From Eledone cirrhosa (taxonomy: Eukaryota), in contig OZ024744.1 of assembly GCA_964016885.1 (NCBI GenBank), positions 79,546,001-79,610,000 on the forward strand: 64,000 nt of DNA, read 5' to 3'. The notes beneath the pieces were generated by a model that searched no databases, was not told the DNA's origin, and was given only the letters and a program-made list of their open reading frames with translations. Positions 14,415 to 27,120 of the stretch are shown piece after piece (positions within the stretch are counted from its first letter, which is position 1; every line of letters begins with the position of its first letter). The position numbers and the translations under genes were made by a program.

Positions 14415-14687
14415 AGAGACACAAATTTAAATTATGAATTCTAAAACAATGTGTGATGATTGTTAAATTGCCAAGATAACAAAAGAATCTTACCTTAGCA
14501 AATTCAACAATCCCAAATATTTTTGGGTTTAATGGGTTTTTAAACCCGAAAATATTTGGGATCGTTAAATTTGCTAAGGTAAGATTCTCTTGTTATCTTG
14601 GCAATTTAACATTCTTCATAACGCATTTAAATTTGTATCTCCTATTAAACAATGCTTCAAGCAAGTTACAAAACTCTGATATATATA

Positions 14688-16190
14688 TCATCATCATCAT
14701 CATCAACGTTTAACGTCCGTGTTCCACGCTTGCATGGGTTTGGACGGGGGTTTTCCCACTTGAGGCAAGAGTGATTGTCTTGCTCGCATAGGACTGTCTG
14801 GCGGGTTTTCTACAGTTGGATGCCCTTCCTAACACCAACCACATTTACAGTGTGGGGCTGGGAGGTTTTTACCGTGTTGCCTACACGGCCACATTACAGC
14901 GTGGACTGTGTGTTTTTTTGACGTGACACCTACACGACCTCATTTGTTTCGGCCTGGATGCTGTGGCACCAACATAACTTTACATTGAAAGGGGTGGTGG
15001 GGGTGGTGTGACGGGGGCGTATTTTGTTAGAGATGCCTACTGACTGTAGTAGGTTTTACTTTGTATTTAGGTAAGGCGGGTCTTCTCTATTACTGAGTAC
15101 CGCCAAAGGTCTCGGTCCAGTGACATTGTCTTGGTGAGGTGTATGCGTGTGAGGTCGGAATTTATCATGTCGTCCCAGGTTTTTCTGGGTCTGCCTACTC
15201 CGTGGCTACCGTCTATCTTTATCGCCCTGCACTTTTTTATACAGCTGTCGTCTTTCATGCGCATCACGTGACCATACCAACGTAGCCTTCTCTCGAGTAA
15301 ACAACATCTGATCCCTCTTATTTCTAATTTTTTCCTTAGTTCGTTTATGCTTAGCCGTTCACGTATATTACTATTACACATCCAGCGGAGCATGCAAGCT
15401 TCGTTCCTCTCTAGTCTGCGTATATCCTCGGCACACAATGCCCAGGTCTCACTGCCATGCAGCATTGCTGTTCGTATGCAGGCATCATATAACCTGCCTT
15501 TCATTTTTAGGGAGAACCCTTTAGCGGCTAATAGTGGTATAAGCTCTCTGAACTTTTTCCATCCAGTTCTGACTCTAGCTACTGTACTTTCAGAGCACCC
15601 TCCCCCACTGCTGATTTTGTCACCCAGGTAACGGAAGCTGTCCACTATTTCTATAGAACCCTCTGCGCAATTGAAAGAGCTAGTATTTTATGGGCACTTG
15701 CTGCTACTAATTGCACCAGAGCACCGGCCACATGTAAAATCTATGTTCTTAGTTAGCTTACCTGTGATCCCACTACATCTTTTATGCACCCATACTTTGC
15801 ATTTGGGACATAAAATGGAGTTTCTACCTACGCCTTTCCTACACACTGAGCATGGCCATTTCCCGGAAGGGACCGCCGCCTTATTTTCTTTCCTACAAAC
15901 TAGAACTTTAGTCTTAGCCAGGTTAATTTTAAGGCCTTTTGATTCTAGGCCGTGCTTCCATGTTTGGAATTTCTTCTCTAGCTCGGTCATTGATTCAGCT
16001 ATGAGCGTTAGATCATCTGCGTATAGGAGTTCCCATGGGCAGCCGGTCTTGAACTCCTCTGTTATAGCCTGAAGGGCAATAATAAATAGTAGGGGGCTAA
16101 GAACAGAGCCCTGATGGACACCAACTTTTACGCTAAACTCTTCACTATATTCGTTGTTAATTCTAACCTTGCTGACTGTTTCTTTATACA
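14688..16190 (-). mobile_element. RTE-clade LINE (family A), 5'-truncated
   Basis: ORFs 15688-16227 and 15067-15645 with GVHQGSVLSP, LLYADD, FRYLG, RLRWYGHV; 3' UTR ends in (CAT)n at about 14688-14705. Confidence 0.92.
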
Positions 16191-16202
16191 TATATATATA
16201 TA

Positions 16203-17580
16203 TTTCGTTTCTGAATTTGTTTAGCAAGATTCTTTATCTGAAATCGTGTGTTGAAACCGATATTGTTATACTTTGGGAGGGTCATGTTGCCAATAAGAAA
16301 CACACGCACCAGTTGCTTTCACTTCAATTTATTATAATAAATTTATAAATTTATAAATTTCTGGTTGGTTGGTTGGTTCCACAACCAGATAGTTGTTTAT
16401 ATATTGTCATAGTTCTTTCGTCACACACTCTGTGACCTCTTCAGTGACTGGGGATTCCTTTCTTTGTTTTTGTGCCTCTCCTTTGTTCTGTCCTACGCCA
16501 TTTTGTTTCTGAGTGTGTTGTGTGCTCAGTCTGTGCATGCGCCACATCCGGGTGTCTGTGTGTGTTTATGTTCATTTATTTATTTGTTTATTTACATGTT
16601 ACTGGTTGGTTGTTTGTTCTATGTGTGTGTGTGTTTTCATTTTGTCCTTAATTGTAAGTTGTGATGTTGCTGTTCCACTCATATTTTCTATTTAATTTTG
16701 GTTGTAATTCTTTTATGTTTATTGCCTCTGTGATTTGTCTAAACATTGCGTCTTTTCTGTGTGTAGATTCTATTTTTATTTCTATGTTCTCTAATTTACC
16801 CTTGTGTTCTATTTTAGCATGTTGGTAGAGTACAGATGATTCTTTACTATCTTGAAGGTCTCGCCAGTGTTCATTTATCCGTTCCCCTACACTACGATCT
16901 GTCTCACCTATGTACACTATATTTTTGTCTCTACATTGTCCTTCAGTACATCTTATGCTATACACTACATTTCTAGTTTTACAGTTAATATGGGGGCTTA
17001 TTTTACAGATTATACATTTCTTATCTATACATGAGGGTCTTTGAAAAGGGTATGTCTTGCTAATAAGTGTTTTTACGGAGGTACCTGGTCTTTCTACTAT
17101 CTTAATATTGAGTTTATGTTTATCTAGGGCCCTTCTAAATTTGTAAGCTAATTCACCTCTAGGGGTTGTATCGATGAACATTACACTATGGTATTTATTG
17201 CTATCATACCATGAGTTTATTCTATTAGCCTTGTTCCTAGTTCTTTCTATTCTATTCCAAAATTTGCTCCTATACAAGGGGCAGGTCCCATTTATGTCAT
17301 TATTTACCATTTTTTCCCATTTGGTTCTGGCTCCTCTATACACTCTGATTTTATCTCTCTGATTGTAACCAGAAAACTGCATACGGTGGATGAAGTGTTG
17401 TATGTGTCTCTCTAGTTCTTCGGGGTTGCACATGCGGGACACGTTTCTCATCACCCATACCAAATCCGCAATCAGTATGTTGATTTTGGTATGGTCCGAA
17501 ACGGCCGAGTTTCGGTGGATCAGATGTTTGGAAGTCATGGGTTTGGCATAATGGGAATGGAGGATTTATTTTTTGTTATT
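16203..17580 (-). mobile_element. Penelope-like retroelement, 5'-truncated (RT C-terminus, GIY-YIG endonuclease, 3' terminal repeat with hammerhead)
   Basis: ORF 16648-17538(-) has a Cys linker (CxxxxCxxC...C) then VVYSIRC...VYIGET..VGERINEH and a C-terminal E/N motif (ITEAINI...PKLN), typical of PLE GIY-YIG. The 3' end abuts (TA)n at about 16190-16202. Confidence 0.88.
16406..16448 (-). ncRNA. Minimal type I hammerhead ribozyme (intact core)
   Basis: Minus strand: GTCA-CTGAAGA-G-GTCACA-GAGTG-TGTGAC-GAAA-GAAC-TA-TGAC. Stem I 4 bp and stem II 6 bp are perfect; 200 nt downstream of the PLE stop on the same strand. Confidence 0.85.
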
Positions 17581-18409
17581 AATGGTATACCAGTCCCCTG
17601 TCTTCACACCACCGGTTTGACACCATTGACGTCGAAACTCATTTCTACAGTTGAGTGGACTAGAGTAACGTGCAGTAAAGCTTTGCGACTTCGCTAACTT
17701 TTTTCATAACAGCTGTCCATTAGTACTGAAGCCTAAGCAACTATATAATCCCAGTCTTAGTAAACAAATACAAACTGCCATAGTGACATTATATAAACTT
17801 TCTTGTCAAATCTCTCCTAGATATATTTTTTATCCTACATTTTTTCCCTTCCTTTCTTTGTCTTGACCATCTAATGATGAGTGATGTCCAAAATATTATG
17901 GACTAATTTTCTCTTATTTTAATTTCTGCGTATGTTAAACTATTAGTACCCTCTAATTTTACCATATTTTGTCTTATGAGGAGGGGTGCCCAATAGGCTG
18001 GCAAATAGTGTATATTGTTATTAATAATTTAATGTTAAAAAATATATATATTGCCATGAAAAAAAGCCATAAAACAAAATCGTGGAAGATATTTAGGATT
18101 CTGCAAATATGTGGTCGTTTCCACAAACAGTTATTAGTTAGGTTCTAAGGAAAATTCTATGAATGTGGGGCTACTCTGTATGTGAGTGTATACATATATA
18201 TATATATATATAGTAAGAATATATTTGAAACAGCGAGTGGGTTTGAAATTATTAGAAATGTAAGCTATCGCCGTATTTGAAATGGAAAAAGATGAGTATT
18301 GACGTCCCATGTACGTCAATACTCATCTTTTTCCATTTCTCCGAGGGTTCTTAACCCCACTATCAGGCTAAATAATTTCTTTAATTTCTTTAGTCAAAAT
18401 ACAGCGATA

Positions 18410-18451
<42 letters not shown>

Positions 18452-18455
<4 letters not shown>

Positions 18456-19801
18456 TCATCATCATCACCGTTTTACGTCCGTTCTTCCACGCTGGCATGG
18501 GTTAGACGGGTTGTCCTGTTGTGGGGAGTGTCTGGTTGGTTGACCATGCCTTGCTCATACAGGAACTGATTTGGCTTGATTTCTACAGCTGGATGCCCTT
18601 CCTAACACCATCCTCATTTACAGTGTGGGCTGGGTGCTTTTTTTGCCGTGGCACCTCCACGACCACCTTGCGGTGGGGGATGTGAGGGGCATATTGTCTA
18701 TATGCTTCAGCTTGTACCCATGCGAGGTCGGGTACTCTGTATTACTGCGTGACGCCAGAAGTCACGGTCGTGCGTCATTGACTTTGAGAGGTGTAGTTGG
18801 GTAAGGTCGGCTTTTATCACCTCATCCCAGGTCATCTTGGGTCTCCTCACTCCACGGTTTCCATCAACTTCTAGTGCTCTGCACTTTTTTATGCAGCTGT
18901 CATCCTTCATAAGCATCACATGTCCATATCAGCGCAACCGCCTCTCCTGCACACAGCATTTGATTCCTCTTATGCTCAGTCTCTCTCTCAATTCATTTAT
19001 GCTTTGTCGTTCACGTATATTACTGTTACACATCCATCGGAGCATGCAGGCTTCGTTTCTCTCTAATCTCCTTAAGTCTTCCACCTTCAGCGCCCAGGTC
19101 TCACTACCATGCAACATCGCTGTTCGGATACACGCATCATACAGTCTGGGGATCAGGGTTCTGTTTTCTCGTCTACTTACAAGGACCTTAGTCTTTGTCA
19201 TGTTGACTTTGAGACCCTTTCTTTCTAGTCCCTGCTTCCAAGTTTGGAATTTATTCTCTAGTTCTACCATAGATTCAGCTATGAGTGCGAGGTCATCAGC
19301 ATACAGGAGTTCCCATGGGCATCCGGTCTTAAACTCCTCCGTTATTGCCTGCAGGACTATGATGAACAGGAGAGGGCTAAGAACAGAGCCCTGGTGAACC
19401 CCAACCTGTACGCTAAATTCCTCGCTATACTCATTGCCAATCCTAACTTTGCTGACTGCTCCCCTATACATGGCTTGTACCGCTTTCACAAGCCATTCAT
19501 CTACTCCTAGTTTACTAAGAGCCCACCAGATTATAGCACGTAGAACTCTGTCAAAGGCTTTCTCAAGGTCGACAAATGCCAAGTAGAGTGGCTTACTTTT
19601 AGCTAGGTACTTTTCCTGTAATTGCCTCACAAGGAAGAGGGCATCAGTGGTGCCTGTCCCTGGTACAAACCCAAATTGCATCTCGTCTATTTTCATCCGG
19701 TCCCCCGGTCCCTAATCAGCTGTGCTATAACTCTTTCTGTTACTTTCATGACCTGGTCCATCAACTTTATATCTCTATAGTTTCCTCTATCTAGTGCATT
19801 G

Positions 19802-19805
<4 letters not shown>
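18452..19805 (-). mobile_element. RTE-clade LINE (family B), truncated with internal deletion
   Basis: ORF 18929-19696 with QFGF, DLEKAFD, YADD; the Cys-rich segment is deleted; (CAT)n tail at 18452; bounded by (TA)n tracts. Confidence 0.92.
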
Positions 19806-19860
<55 letters not shown>

Positions 19861-19949
19861 AAGCGTGAACCTAATAAACTACCATTTGTACTGCCTCTCT
19901 GTTTTTTGTTCCTGTCTAATATTTGACTATATAGATAGATATATATATA

Positions 19950-20205
19950 CTTCATTTTTGTATATGTTTTGCAAGATTTCTTATCTGAAAATGTGTGTTG
20001 AAACAGATATTATTATACTTTGGAAGGGTCATGCTGCCAATAAGAAACACACACACCTGTTGGTATTTCACTTCAATTTATTACAAATTTCCAGTTGGTT
20101 GTTTATTTATTGTCAAAGCTCTTTTGTCACGCATTCTGTGACTTCCTCAGTGACTGATTTGTTATTTTGTGTCTCAAAGAGCTTTGACAATAAATAAACA
20201 ACCAT
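19950..20205 (-). mobile_element. Solo copy of the Penelope-like terminal repeat with decayed hammerhead and short inversion
   Basis: Aligns by eye with 16203-16450. Hammerhead at 20112-20154 has GAAA>AAAA; about 20175-20203 is an inverted copy of about 20097-20124. Confidence 0.75.
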
Positions 20206-20371
20206 CTTGTTATTAAACACTCATACACACATATGGACACATATTTTAATATATATTTATATACACAGTGGGTGTGGTAAGATACTAGGTGGACCATAAT
20301 GCACTAGAGTACTCAATACCTAGGGTAGTAGAGTGGGTAATAGGAAAAGAGTCGGGGTCCTGACTCTTTTC

Positions 20372-20413
<42 letters not shown>

Positions 20414-20879
20414 GAGGAGAGAGGTTAGATATTGTTGGGGAAATATGCCTTCGAAATAACAAATGAGCACTTAGAAATTAAATTAAGAGAAAATGACCAA
20501 ACATTTGGAGTTATTTCATAAAATGTTTAACTTTTTCATTTGTAAGCTGATATTTAGATGGTTAACAAAATTTACTAAAATTATGTTGTGACGAAAGGTT
20601 TTAATATAAGGATAAACAATTTAAATTGGACAATTTTGTATCATGAATCCAGAATACTTTCAGGCAGTTTGGTACCAAATGGCATACTCTATATTTACTA
20701 GTGTATTTTCACGGTAAAAGCTTTATCTCACATAATATCGAATCTATGAGATTTTTATATTATTTATTTTGAGAACAAAACGTTCACATCAGTATGAGTG
20801 GTCAGTTACAGCCAGTTTGAACAGAAAGAAGTGAGAGATATCCATTGAGATTGCTCTGCACTTTATTTCTTTTAAACAA

Positions 20880-22125
20880 ATGTCATCTTCCATACACATC
20901 ACATGTCTATACTAGTGCAGTCTTCATTTTTGCACACTGTATCCCATTTCTTTCATGCAGAATTTTTCTTTCAGCATATTTATGCCACACTGTTCATGTA
21001 CACTAACATAACACATCCACTGGAGCATACTCACTTAATTTCTTTCTAGCCTTTACTGATCTTCTAGAATAAAGGACCATGTCCCACTACCATATAACAT
21101 TACAGTTCATACTCAGGCATCAATGCAATCTACCCTTTAATCTTCGAGAGAAGTTCTTTGTTGCCAGCAGTACTGGCTTCATGAACTTTTTCAATTCCAT
21201 TCTAACTGTAGCTTCTAAACTTTCCTCCATCCCCTACTTCAGATTAGGTCATCTAGGTAACAGAAGCTGTCAACAACTTATAGGGAGCTGCCTGGGTAAT
21301 TGATGGAATCTATTTCACATGTGCTCTTAGTGCTTATTTCTCCTGTGCATCTATCACATGCAAAACCCACCTTTTCTGTTAACCTGGCTGTAATCCTACT
21401 ACATTTTGTGTGCACTTAGATTGCACTGTTTGCATATTCTGGAATTTCTGCCCATTCATTTTTGGATATAAAGTTATGCCATTTCTTCTACAGTATCAGA
21501 ATCCTGTCTTCTTTCCTAATTACAAAGACCATTCTTTTTTAGTCTTTAACCTTTTGATTATAGGTTTTGCCTCCATATCTAAAATTTTGCCTCTAACTCT
21601 TCTGCAGCTTCAGCAAAAGGACTAAGTGATCAGTATACAGTAATTTCCATGGGCAGCCAGTCTTAAAGTCCTCTATTAAAGCTTGAAAGACAATGATAAA
21701 CAGAAAGGGGCTGAGGAGGGAGCTCTAATAAACTTCCACCTATACTTGAAATTCATCACTGTACTCATTACCATTTTTCACCTTGCTGGTTGCACTTCCT
21801 CTATACATGGCTTGCACAGCCTTCATAAGTAATTCCCCTACATCTAGCTTCAGTACTGGATTTACCATTATGCTTAGGTGTGCTTAAGCACATACCCCAT
21901 TGGCCAGCGGGGGTTCATCTTCCTGCCAAAAACATTTTCTACAATGAATTTCTCATTAGTAAGGGGCCTCATAACTTAAGTAGCACAGGGCCTCATTTAT
22001 CCTAAATTCGGAATTGTCTAGCTTCTTTAGCATCCACCAGATTACAGAGTAGAGATCCTATCTAAGACCTTCTCCAGATCAACGAATGCTAGGTTCAGAG
22101 ACTTACTCTTAGCTAAGTACTTCTT
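20880..22125 (-). mobile_element. Old decayed RTE LINE fragment
   Basis: Recognisable DNA similarity to the RT segments of the younger copies (e.g. ccatgggcagccagtcttaaa, ttctccagatcaacgaatgc); no long ORF. Confidence 0.75.
21851..22016. mobile_element. hAT-type MITE inserted in the old RTE
   Basis: Perfect 8-bp TSD TCTAGCTT (21843-50 / 22017-24); imperfect 14-bp TIRs cagtactggattta / taaattcggaattg. Confidence 0.75.
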
Positions 22126-22406
22126 CTCTTTGATCTTCATTTGTCATGGATGTTTTTTTTAGTTTTTCTTTTTATTCTATTGAAAGATGTAACAGGTTAC
22201 ACATGGGGGAAAAAATATAATAAAAAAGTCAAACAAAACCTTGTACATTTAATGACTTTTTTTTTACGGTGTTTGGCCTTATTTTATTTCTCATCATTAT
22301 AATGAAATGACACACAGACACACACACACACATATTCATCCACATTATAACGAAATCACACTCACACATTCATCCAAGGTTGATGAGTCACACTGTCTCA
22401 TTAGTG

Positions 22407-22721
22407 TGTTCGCTTTTTACGCAAAGATGCATTTGTGAATGTGGCACGTAGAGCAAATTCGCGTAATTCAAGTATTATATTTCTGATAAATAAAAAATAA
22501 ATAAAAACTACACGCGTTATAGCGCGTTATTCACACAAAGTGAATATTTAACCTTCAGCATGCTGTTGGCAACAAATTGCGACATGAGAGTAATCTCCCC
22601 TTAATACAGTGTCAAGGGAAGCAATTCATAAAAAAAAAAACAGTGCTGAAGGTTAACAATATTTTTTTCAAGAGGTGTTAAAGCGAATTCACGTACTTCA
22701 AGTTCGCGTAAAAAGTGAACA
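22407..22721. repeat. Nested inverted-repeat (MITE-like) unit ~420 bp upstream of first visible Clock exon
   Basis: Outer 19-bp IR (17/19) tgttcgctttttacgcaaa / ttcgcgtaaaaagtgaaca; inner TTAA-bounded IR ttaaccttcagca...tgctgaaggttaa (22548-22656). Confidence 0.6.
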
Positions 22722-23141
22722 GATTTACTTGTATTTTCTCTCGCGAGTATGCATTTGTTTAAGAAACAAAAATTACTTTTTCAGGAAATGTAATCTACAT
22801 GTATTGAACACTTTCTTGTTGTGAGCGTTTATTAGTTATATATATCTTTATCTACATATCTATATATCAATACACACACATTTATAGATATGTGGATGTT
22901 TATAAATATGCAGATGTGATAAAATGTTATTGCAATTGGGATTTAAAATTTAAAAAAAATTGAATGCTGAAAAATCAAAATAATAATTTTTTTCTTCAGA
23001 AATTAATTTTAAAAAAAATGTTCACTTTTTGTCAACATTTTTATTTTATTTTTATTTTTATTCAAACTCAATTTTTTTTTTAACTTTATATAGTGGATCA
23101 CTGAATTTAGTTAACTTATAAATTATCTATTTATTTTTCAG

Positions 23142-23192
23142 TGAAAGTGCGTTTGGGAATGACTTAGATGAGGAAAAGGATAAGTTTAAAAG
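23142..23192 (+). CDS. Clock: Clock exon (acidic/basic lead-in to bHLH)
   Basis: Pyrimidine tract + AG at 23140-41 and GT donor at 23193. Reads (t)ESAFGNDLDEEKDKFK(ag); the split AG+G codon gives R and joins in frame to the bHLH exon, like CLOCK 'EEDDKDKAKR'. Not in the ORF track. Confidence 0.85.
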
Positions 23193-24714
23193 GTATGTTC
23201 ATGTTTTTCAATGGAACTGGAAGATGTGTTCATGTATCCTTCTTACTCTTGTACCCTCACTGTGGACTATTCTAAATATACAGCTTATTGTTGTGGGTAT
23301 CCATCTTGGTCATCCATGATTGATCAAGCTCATCTATATAACACAAGAAATAAAAAAAAAGAAAGAAACTACTCCAGTTATCTTTTCAGTCCACACAATC
23401 TGCTTATTCCTGCTGTAAGCCAATAGCCACTGACCAGCAGATGTTCATAATTGGAACTAACCACATTAATTTTTACCAGTCTAGGAGTGTGACCTCTAAA
23501 TAAAGTCACGGGTTCTGATTTTTTTCCTCCTTTGACTTATTAATTTTTTTTAAAAAGTTGATTGGTTATTTTTATTTTACTGGATGGAGGTGATGGGTTT
23601 GTTGTTGCTAGTTTGGTATTAATAATTGTTGTGGTAATTGTGGTGCTGGTGGTCATTATTGTTGTTGTAATGCTGGTGGTAATGGTGGTGGTTATTTTTG
23701 TGGTAATGGTGGTGGTCGTTATTGTTGTAATGGTGGTGGTGGCTGTTGTGGTAATGGTGGTTGTTGTTGTGGTAATGGTGATGGTGTTGGTTGTTGTGGT
23801 AATGATGGTGTTGTCATTCCGGTATTAGTAATTTTTGTGATAATGATTGTGGTTGTTGTACTTTTAATAATTTTTGTGATATTTGTTGTTGTTGGTGTTG
23901 TTTTAGCCCTCAGTCACTCTGGCTCAGCATGGAGAAAGATGAAAGACTGTCTGGGTGTAACCTAGAAATCCAGTAGTCTTAGTCCTCAGTTTCATTCCAT
24001 GTCTCTGTCAATAGTCATGTCTCTTGTTGAAGAATAGATGTGTTCATTGGATGATACTGTAGAAGAGAATGTCTCAACTAGTTCACATTTTACCTGCTAA
24101 CAATAGCAGCAAAATCTTTTAAATCAACTCCTATGATCTTAACCCATTTTGTTACCACATTCCTTATGAAATACACTGTCTATAATTTTGGAATAATTTT
24201 GAAAATAATACAAAAACATTTGGAGAGATCGGTAGAGCGCTGGACAACATGCTTTGTGGCATATAGTTACGGTTCTTTACGTACTGATTCAAAACCCACC
24301 GAGGTTAACTTTACCTTTCATCTTTACAGGGGGACAATAAAATAATGTACCAGTAACGCACTTGGGTTGATTTAATCGCCTTTTCCTTTTCCCCCAAAAT
24401 TGTTGGTCATGTGCCTAAATCAGAAATCATTATTAAGCTTGTATTTGGAACATAATTCAACAAAGGTTTTTACATACAATTATAATGGAAGGTTCAATAT
24501 TAACCCATGTCATTGCCATATTTTTAAGGAAAGACATTGACATGGTTTACAAATAATAAAAAAAAAAAGAAAGAATTTTTGGAGGGATTTAGTGATGTAA
24601 CTAACTTTCTCATTATTTAGCAGTGTTTGGAACTTAACTTAACAAAGGTTCATACATAAAATTGTAATGGAATGGAATTTTTTTTTTTTTTTTTTTTTAA
24701 CCAATATAAGCACT

Positions 24715-24948
24715 TTAACCTGTTGACTGCTGCATATATTTTACACAGCTACAGTTGCTGTGCCAGGGTGTTTTTTAAGTAAAATGACTTTTTTAAATAA
24801 ACATTTATTAACAACACATATCTGAATGATTGACAAATGTCACATCAATAAACTAGTAACCCCATCTAGCTTTGAAGTTATGAACTGTTGGAAAAGAGTT
24901 CAAACATGTTGGGATGAGTTATCTCGTCTATGGCACTGAAGAGGTTAA
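24715..24948. mobile_element. TTAA-inserted MITE family 3, nested in a family 2 copy
   Basis: Interrupts cactTTAA|aataaacagc (uninterrupted in the 52233 copy) with TTAA duplicated; ends ttaacctgtt...aagaggttaa. Confidence 0.7.
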
Positions 24949-26896
24949 AATAAACAGCTTATAGAACCAGAAGCAGTTTCTGGTGGTTTGGTATTAAAGA
25001 GATTAAAAGAGGAATAAGTTGTCATCATCAATTTATGTCTGCTTTCCATGCTGTCATTGGCTGTATGTGTTGTCACTAAGTCAGTTCTTATTTCGAATTA
25101 CTGCCCATCTAAATGGGTTGTATATTCCATCTTTTAGCTTGGTTTCAACAGCTGGAGGTTCTTCCTATCACCAATCTCCTTACAGAATACATCAGATATA
25201 ATTTATTGTGGCACCAACACTAGGGAGTTTGACTTACCTCCAGCGAGACAAAAGCATACTTACTACTTAACACTGCTTCTACTTATGGCAGTGTGATAAG
25301 GAGCATAAATAGAAAACAGAGAAGAGAGTAACTACACAGAAAGAGCCAAGGTGAGTGGAGGAAGAGAATGAGAATATGATGGGAGGGACTGAGTAATTTG
25401 GGTGAAAAAGTCAGTCAGTCCTGGTCCTGATCCAGCTGTGACCATCCCATCTTTTATTCAGACATAGTGTACCTAGGACTACATTATCTAATGTATAGGT
25501 TATAGTTGTTTAGTCCTTGGTCTGGCTTGTTCCAGCAGACATGACTAAAGATGTTCCATTGTGATCATCTCATCTTTTATTCAGACATAGTATATCTAGG
25601 ACTACATTATCTAATGTATAGTATTATAGTATTAGTTGTTGTTTAGTCCTAGGTCTGGTTTGTTCCAGCAGACATATGACCAAAGATGTTCCAGTTGTGA
25701 CCATCCCATCTTTTATTCAGACTTAGTGTACCTGGAATTATATCATATTTTCTAATGAAACTGAAATATAGGATGAAACTTTATTTTATGTACTATTAAA
25801 AATAAAAAATTATTGTAGTGGAGCTCTTATCAATTCCAATTAATTTCATCTATAAAATATAAACATTTAACCCTTTAGCATTTAAACCTGCTGTATCCAG
25901 TCAGAATTCTCTCACCTCTTTTTGTTCAAATTGGCCGTAGCTGGCCACTCATACTGATGATAAGGTATTGTTCTCAAAATAAATAATATCAGAATTTCAT
26001 AGATTCAATGTTATGTGATGTAAATCCTTTACTGCGAAACTATAAAAGTAAATATAGAGTAATGTAAATGTTAAAGGGTTAACTCTTAACATCTTGTAAT
26101 GACTTAGTAGAATGTGTCTACATTAATGGACAAATCATAATGAAAATGTGTAGTATTAGAGTAAAAACTTTAATTTTTAATGTAATGCAATCATAGTGCT
26201 GTTTTCTACTTTTCACGAATACCTTACTAATGTTGTTTATTAATCCAAATGTTTATAGTATCTTGAGTATTTGACAGACCATCATCATCATACGTCCGCT
26301 TTTCCCTGCTTGCAAGGGTTGGACGGGTCCTATTCAGCACAGCATCTCTCCACTTGTTACAGTCCTTTGTCATCTCCTCGGTGAGTTTCAGCTATCTGAG
26401 ATCAGCTCTCACCACCTCCGCCCATGTTTTTCGTGGTCTACTGCGTCTTCCTTCTGGGATTTCAACATTTGCAGTATTAGAATAAAAACTTTAATTTTTA
26501 ATGTAATGCAATCATAGTGCTATTTTGTATTTTTCAAGAATGTCTTGCTAATGTTGTTTGTTAATTCAAATGTTTATAGTATCTTTATTAGTCAACAGAT
26601 CATAAAGAAAATTTACAGTATTAAACATAAAAATGTTAATATTTAATGTGATGCAGTTATTGTGTTGTTTTGTATTTTTCAAGGAGTATCTTTATTAGTG
26701 AACAAATCATAGTGAAAATCAGAGTAAAGACTAATTTTTAATGTAATGTAATCATAGTACTGTTTTGTACTTTTTAAGAATGCTTTGCTAATGTGGTTTA
26801 ACTATTTACCCAACATGTCCTTACGCTTTTAAAAGACTTTTAGGTATGATTTGAGGTAGATTTGTCTGCTATTTCTAGCAGGTCAAGCGACCACCT

Positions 26897-27120
26897 TTAA
26901 CCCTTTAGCATTTACTCTATATATACTATTATATTTTCACGGTAAACACTTTACCTCACATAATTATCTCACATAATATTGAATCTAAAAGATTTTAATA
27001 TTATTTATTTTGAGAACAATACCTTAACATCAGTATGAGCAGCCGGTTATGGCCAGTTTGAACAGAAAGAGGTGAGAGAATTCTGGCCGGATACAACTGG
27101 TTTAAATGCTAAAGGGTTAA
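26897..27120. mobile_element. piggyBac-like MITE family 1 (TTAA ends)
   Basis: ttaaCCCTTTAGCATTT...AAATGCTAAAGGGttaa. Copies 2392-2626, 25867-26082, 47377-47845, 53830-54054, 55940-56165. Confidence 0.88.

Noticed and set aside
24936-24948. CTGAAGA box
   Set aside because: Part of a MITE terminal repeat, with no GAAA or stems.
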